The position numbers and the translations under genes were made by a program. The notes under the pieces were generated by a model, which saw nothing but the letters and a program-made list of their open reading frames with translations, was not told the origin of the DNA and ran no database searches. Below are positions 60,067 through 64,000 of a stretch of 64,000 bases of DNA, one piece after another. Each line of letters begins with the position of its first letter. Within the stretch, counting starts at the first letter, position 1. This DNA is from a bacterium (lineage in GTDB: Bacteria; Margulisbacteria; WOR-1; O2-12-FULL-45-9; XYB2-FULL-48-7), in NCBI GenBank assembly GCA_043812655.1, contig JBDRLW010000009.1:120-64119 (forward strand), in the 5' to 3' direction.

Positions 60067-61863
60067 ATGCCCAAGATAATTAATATCGCTATAATTGCGC
60101 ACGTTGACCATGGGAAGACGACTTTAACCGACCATCTCCTGCGCCAAGGCGGGGCGTTTGGCGCTCGCGATGAGATCACCGAACTTGTCATGGATTCGAA
60201 CGACCTGGAAAAAGAGCGCGGGATCACTATCTTCTCCAAAAATTGTTCCATCCATTACAAAGATTATAAAATTAATATCGTCGATACTCCCGGCCACGCC
60301 GACTTTGGTTCCGAAGTTGAACGTGTCTTAAAAATGGTTGACAGCGTCCTCCTCTTGGTCGACGCTAAAGAAGGCCCCATGCCGCAAACAAAATTCGTGT
60401 TAGCCAAATCGCTCAGGCTCGGGCTTAAACCGATCGTCGTCCTCAATAAGATCGATAAAAAAGGCCAGCGCGCCCACCAGGTGATGGACGCGGTTTTTGA
60501 CCTGTTTGTGAAGCTCGAAGCAACCGACGAACAGCTTGATTTTCCCGTCGTCTACACGATCTCGCGTGAAGGGATCGCCAAATATAACCTGGAGGATGAA
60601 GGCAAAGACCTGACCCCTCTCTTTGAAACAATTCTAAAGCATGTTAAGCCCTACCCTGACAAGTCGACGGGCCCGCTCCAACTCCAGGTAACTAATTTAG
60701 CTTATGACGATTATGTCGGCCGGATCGGGATCGGCCGGGTAACCAGCGGCATCCTAGAAAAAAAAGAGAATGTCGTCGTTTGCAAACGAGATGGGTCGAT
60801 CGTCCCAGGGAAGATCGTGAAACTCAATATTTTTGAAGGTTTAAAACAGGTAGAGGTAGAAAAGGCCGATTGTGGCGATATTGTCTCCTTTGCCGGAGTA
60901 ACCGACATTACGATCGGGGAAACAATCTGTACCGCTGATAATCCGAAGCCGATGCCGCTCCTTGAAATTGATGAACCAACCTTAACCATGGAATTTTTGG
61001 TCAACAATTCTCCTTTTGCCGGCCGCGAAGGGAAATACATTACCACTCGCCACTTAAAAGAACGGCTGGAAAAAGAATTGCAGACCAATGTCGGGCTCCG
61101 TCTTGAATCGCTGGAAAACGCCGACGGTTTTAAAGTTTCCGGCCGTGGCGAGCTCCACCTCTCGATCTTGATCGAGCTGATGCGGCGGGAAAGCTATGAG
61201 CTCCAAGTTTCCCAGCCAAAAGTCATTTACAAGACCATCCATGGTGAAAAAATGGAGCCAATAGAACAAGTTTATATCTCTGTCCCCGAAGAATTTGCCG
61301 GGGCGGTCATCGAAAAGCTGGGGAAGCGTCGGGGCGAAATGCAGGAAATGAACAATAAGAATGGCACGGTAAATCTGGTTTATCTTGTCCCCACCCGCGG
61401 GCTCTTAGGTTTCCGCGCCGAATTCATCATGGATACCAAGGGTGAAGGGATCCTTAATCACGCTTTCTTCCGCTATGAACGGTTTAAGGGTGAAATTTCT
61501 AAGCGGCAAAACGGTGTCTTGATTTCCGGCAATACCGGCAAAAGCTCCTCCTACGCCCTCGACAACCTGCAACAAAGGGCCAAATTATTTATCGGGCCGG
61601 CCGTTGAAGTTTATGAAGGGATGATCGTTGGGGAAAATTCCCGGGACATGGATATGACCGTTAACCCAACCAAGGAAAAGAAACAAAGCAATGTCCGCTC
61701 CTCCGGCGCCGATGAGGCAATAAAATTAACCCCACCGATCAAATTAACGCTCGAGCAATCGCTCGAATTCATTGATGACGACGAACTAGTGGAGATCACC
61801 CCCTCAAAAGTCCGCCTCCGCAAAAAGTTCCTGACCGAGAATGAACGGTCACGAAATCAATAA
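60067..61863 (+). CDS. typA: translational GTPase TypA/BipA
   Basis: AIIAHVDHGKTTL, DTPGHADFGGEV-type and NKID motifs; length and C-terminal domain are typical of BipA. Confidence 0.95.
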   Translation: MPKIINIAIIAHVDHGKTTLTDHLLRQGGAFGARDEITELVMDSNDLEKERGITIFSKNCSIHYKDYKINIVDTPGHADFGSEVERVLKMVDSVLLLVDAKEGPMPQTKFVLAKSLRLGLKPIVVLNKIDKKGQRAHQVMDAVFDLFVKLEATDEQLDFPVVYTISREGIAKYNLEDEGKDLTPLFETILKHVKPYPDKSTGPLQLQVTNLAYDDYVGRIGIGRVTSGILEKKENVVVCKRDGSIVPGKIVKLNIFEGLKQVEVEKADCGDIVSFAGVTDITIGETICTADNPKPMPLLEIDEPTLTMEFLVNNSPFAGREGKYITTRHLKERLEKELQTNVGLRLESLENADGFKVSGRGELHLSILIELMRRESYELQVSQPKVIYKTIHGEKMEPIEQVYISVPEEFAGAVIEKLGKRRGEMQEMNNKNGTVNLVYLVPTRGLLGFRAEFIMDTKGEGILNHAFFRYERFKGEISKRQNGVLISGNTGKSSSYALDNLQQRAKLFIGPAVEVYEGMIVGENSRDMDMTVNPTKEKKQSNVRSSGADEAIKLTPPIKLTLEQSLEFIDDDELVEITPSKVRLRKKFLTENERSRNQ

Positions 61864-61938
61864 CTATTTAGCCTTGACTTCCCAATCGCTTTCATTTAAC
61901 ATGTACTTTATCAAGTGATCGATCAAGGAGGATCAGGC

Positions 61939-62466
61939 ATGAAAAATAATGCTTTTGCAATGTTCGCTTTTCTTTTAGCTTTCGTGGTTTTGTTTACCTA
62001 TGGTTGCGCCTTGGTTTCTAGTACTACTTATTCTACCGCCACACTGTCCCATTTTTCAGGCTTTGATTTTTTCACTGGGACACAAACAGATGAAGCTGGG
62101 AAATCTGACGGCGCGATATGCAATTGGAACCCTGCCGGGGTAACGACTGAAGTGAATGGGACAACATATATTGATGGCTCGATCTATTTATGGTGGAGCG
62201 GCGCCTTTTCCACTCTTGGCGGCAATTTCAACCAAAAACACATGGGCGCGGTTGCCTTAAGCACGATCACTACCGTGCCAAGCACCTGGGAGAGTGGATC
62301 TGAGATCTGGCCGTTATTAGAAGGACATTCTTACGTGGTTAAATGCACACCCGAAGGTTATGCTAAGATTTATGTCACTAAAATAGATACCCTCGAAGTC
62401 GCTGCCGGCACCTGGGAAGCTGATGTGGAATATTACTATACGGCTGGAACAACTTTTAATCAATAG
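61939..62466 (+). CDS. lipoprotein (unknown function)
   Basis: ATG at 61939 after AAGGAGG; MKNNAFAMFAFLLAFVVLFTYGC lipobox. Confidence 0.5.
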   Translation: MKNNAFAMFAFLLAFVVLFTYGCALVSSTTYSTATLSHFSGFDFFTGTQTDEAGKSDGAICNWNPAGVTTEVNGTTYIDGSIYLWWSGAFSTLGGNFNQKHMGAVALSTITTVPSTWESGSEIWPLLEGHSYVVKCTPEGYAKIYVTKIDTLEVAAGTWEADVEYYYTAGTTFNQ

Positions 62467-62483
62467 ATAAAAAATACTTCGTC

Positions 62484-62855
62484 ATGCGGCACCTTTTATT
62501 TTGGATATTCATCTATACTTTTATTTTGGCTTTAGGCCAGATATTGTTAAAGCTGGGGATGAACCGCCTGGCAGGTTTTCCGCTCCAAAACTTTAAGGAC
62601 GTTTTGCTTTTACTGCCGGCCCTGCTAAAAAATCCCTATCTTCTAATCGGGACCGGACTGCTGGCCGCCTCTTTTTTCCTCTGGCTGGTCATTTTATCCT
62701 GGTTTAAATTAAGCCTGGTTTTCCCCTTAACCGCTCTGACCTATCTTTTTGTCGCCCTGCTTTCCTATTTTATGCTTGGTGAAAAATTATTTCTGCAAAA
62801 TTACGCCGGTATATTTTTTATCGCCCTCGGGATCTTTTTCCTGCTCTTAAAATAA
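62484..62855 (+). CDS. small EamA/SMR-like 4-TM membrane protein
   Basis: 123 aa with four hydrophobic helices, ArnE/EamA-like. Confidence 0.55.
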   Translation: MRHLLFWIFIYTFILALGQILLKLGMNRLAGFPLQNFKDVLLLLPALLKNPYLLIGTGLLAASFFLWLVILSWFKLSLVFPLTALTYLFVALLSYFMLGEKLFLQNYAGIFFIALGIFFLLLK

Positions 62856-62930
62856 TAGGTTTGATCTCCTGCTTATTCTCGCTATCGCAACTTCCTGCGA
62901 CCAACAAATTAATGGTATAATCATGATATT

Positions 62931-63428
62931 ATGACCGAGTTGTTTTACGGCGAAGTTTTCAGGAAGCTAAAAGAACAGAAGATCAACTATCTTGTCGTAG
63001 GCGGTATTGCGGTAGCCCTGCACGGAGCTCCGCGTTTTACTGCTGACGCAGATTTTGCCCTGCAATTAGTTCCGGACAACATTGAAAGGTTCCTGCGGGC
63101 GCTTAAGCAGCTCGGTTATGAGCCCAAAGTCCCGGTTAACGCGCAAGACCTTGCCGATCCCAAGAAAAGGGCCGGCTGGATAAAAGACAAAGGGATGACG
63201 GTCCTCTCTTTTTGGAACACCAATGACCCCTTGAAACTTATCGATGTTTTCGTCGCTAATCCTATTGATTTCCAGGAAATGGCTAATGAGCAGCTTGTCA
63301 AAACGGCCGCCGGGATAGAGATCCCTATACCCTCGCTTCGGCACCTCATCAAGTTGAAGATGATCGCCGGCCGCCCGCAAGACTTGAGGGACATAGAATT
63401 GCTGGAGAAATTAAATGGCAAAGACTAA
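62931..63428 (+). CDS. hypothetical protein, nucleotidyltransferase-fold-like (tentative)
   Basis: INYLVVGGIAVALHGAPRFTADADFAL recalls the G(G/S)...D.D pattern of minimal nucleotidyltransferases. Confidence 0.35.
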   Translation: MTELFYGEVFRKLKEQKINYLVVGGIAVALHGAPRFTADADFALQLVPDNIERFLRALKQLGYEPKVPVNAQDLADPKKRAGWIKDKGMTVLSFWNTNDPLKLIDVFVANPIDFQEMANEQLVKTAAGIEIPIPSLRHLIKLKMIAGRPQDLRDIELLEKLNGKD

Positions 63429-63579
63429 GCACCATAAAAAAACAGTCCTCCCTTCTGCCGAGAGAATTTTGCAATGGTTGGAAGAAGCAAACCAGTTTGC
63501 TAGAATGTTTTTATCCCCGGAAAAGCTCCTGAAGTGGGAAAAAGTCAAAAATCAACAGTCCAAGCAACCCTCTTCTTGA
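63415..63579 (+). CDS. small ORF (54 aa) overlapping the upstream stop
   Basis: Manual translation gives [54 protein letters not shown]. It is below the track cutoff, overlaps 62931..63428 by 14 nt and ends 9 nt before tsaD. Confidence 0.3.
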   Translation: MAKTKHHKKTVLPSAERILQWLEEANQFARMFLSPEKLLKWEKVKNQQSKQPSS

Positions 63580-63587
63580 GAAGACCA

Positions 63588-64000
63588 ATGCTAATTCTTG
63601 CCATCGAAACTTCTTGCGACGAAACCTCCGCGGCCGTAGTCCGCGCTGGGAAAGAAATATTATCCAATGTCATCTCCTCCCAGATCGAATTCCATAAGAA
63701 ATACGGTGGGATCGTTCCCGAAGTCGCCGCGCGCAAGCACATTGAAGTGATCAGTCCGGTCATTAAAGAAGCGATCGAAACCGCAAAAATAACTTTCCAG
63801 GATATCGACGCCGTCGCCGTCACCTACGGACCCGGCTTGGTCGGCTCACTCATCGTCGGCCTCTGCGCCGCCAAAGCCTTGGCCTGGTCTATCGGCAAAC
63901 CACTCATCGGCGTGAACCACCTCGAAGGCCATATCTATGCGAATTTTTTGGCTCCCAACTCCGAACTCCCAACTCCGAACTTTCCCTTCATTTGCCTTTT
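63588..64000 (+). CDS. tsaD: tRNA N6-adenosine threonylcarbamoyltransferase TsaD (5' part; continues beyond the window)
   Basis: Manual translation gives [18 protein letters not shown]...[16 protein letters not shown]...[15 protein letters not shown]...[14 protein letters not shown]. Confidence 0.9.
   Translation, partial: MLILAIETSCDETSAAVVRAGKEILSNVISSQIEFHKKYGGIVPEVAARKHIEVISPVIKEAIETAKITFQDIDAVAVTYGPGLVGSLIVGLCAAKALAWSIGKPLIGVNHLEGHIYANFLAPNSELPTPNFPFICL
63953..63983. repeat. heptamer array AACTCCG-type in frame within tsaD
   Basis: ctcccaactccgaactcccaactccgaactt. The 25-mer aactccgaactcccaactccgaact is identical to pabB 57360-57384. Encodes [11 protein letters not shown]. Confidence 0.85.

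Overview
This 64-kb window comes from a GATC-rich diderm bacterium. LPS-heptose genes (gmhB, hldE), an LptC/OstA-like gene and several beta-barrel OMP candidates point to an outer membrane. A four-subunit pyruvate:ferredoxin oxidoreductase (porGDAB) suggests an anaerobic lifestyle. All product calls come from motif recognition in the supplied translations plus manual translation; no database search was run.

Housekeeping genes flank the window on both sides. On the left are an R3H/AAA ATPase, HU, porGDAB, recR, gmhB and a two-component pair. On the right are hldE, trxB, two ABC systems, a six-tRNA cluster, ftsK, secDF, mutM, pabB, trkHA, typA and tsaD.

Between them lies an accessory envelope region (about 10.9-34 kb) dominated by one 15.2-kb ORF. 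It encodes a 5,070-aa secreted protein with a lipase-like alpha/beta-hydrolase head, about a dozen FlgD-Ig/Ig-like modules, an FG-GAP propeller and a C-terminal sorting-type domain. A TolB-like lipoprotein gene precedes it with a 4-nt ATGA overlap, and a PorV/PorQ-like OMP gene follows it. The TolB-like plus giant unit is bracketed by two four-helix-bundle (23S rRNA IVS/Avd-family) cassettes that carry their own flanking repeats. Further upstream are a KilA-N cassette between 120-165 bp direct repeats and a low-GC, GATC-poor four-gene lipoprotein/OMP operon.

The most unusual window-wide signal is a set of short repeat families: heptanucleotide word arrays resembling cyanobacterial STRR, nested GC-rich palindromes and a 67-nt hairpin unit. 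They occur in intergenic DNA, but they also lie in frame inside coding regions, including pabB, tsaD, an OMP gene, signal-peptide regions and the giant gene.

A tRNA-Arg gene carries duplicated 3'-half scars next to a GIY-YIG gene. No CRISPR array, rRNA, integrase or reverse transcriptase was seen.
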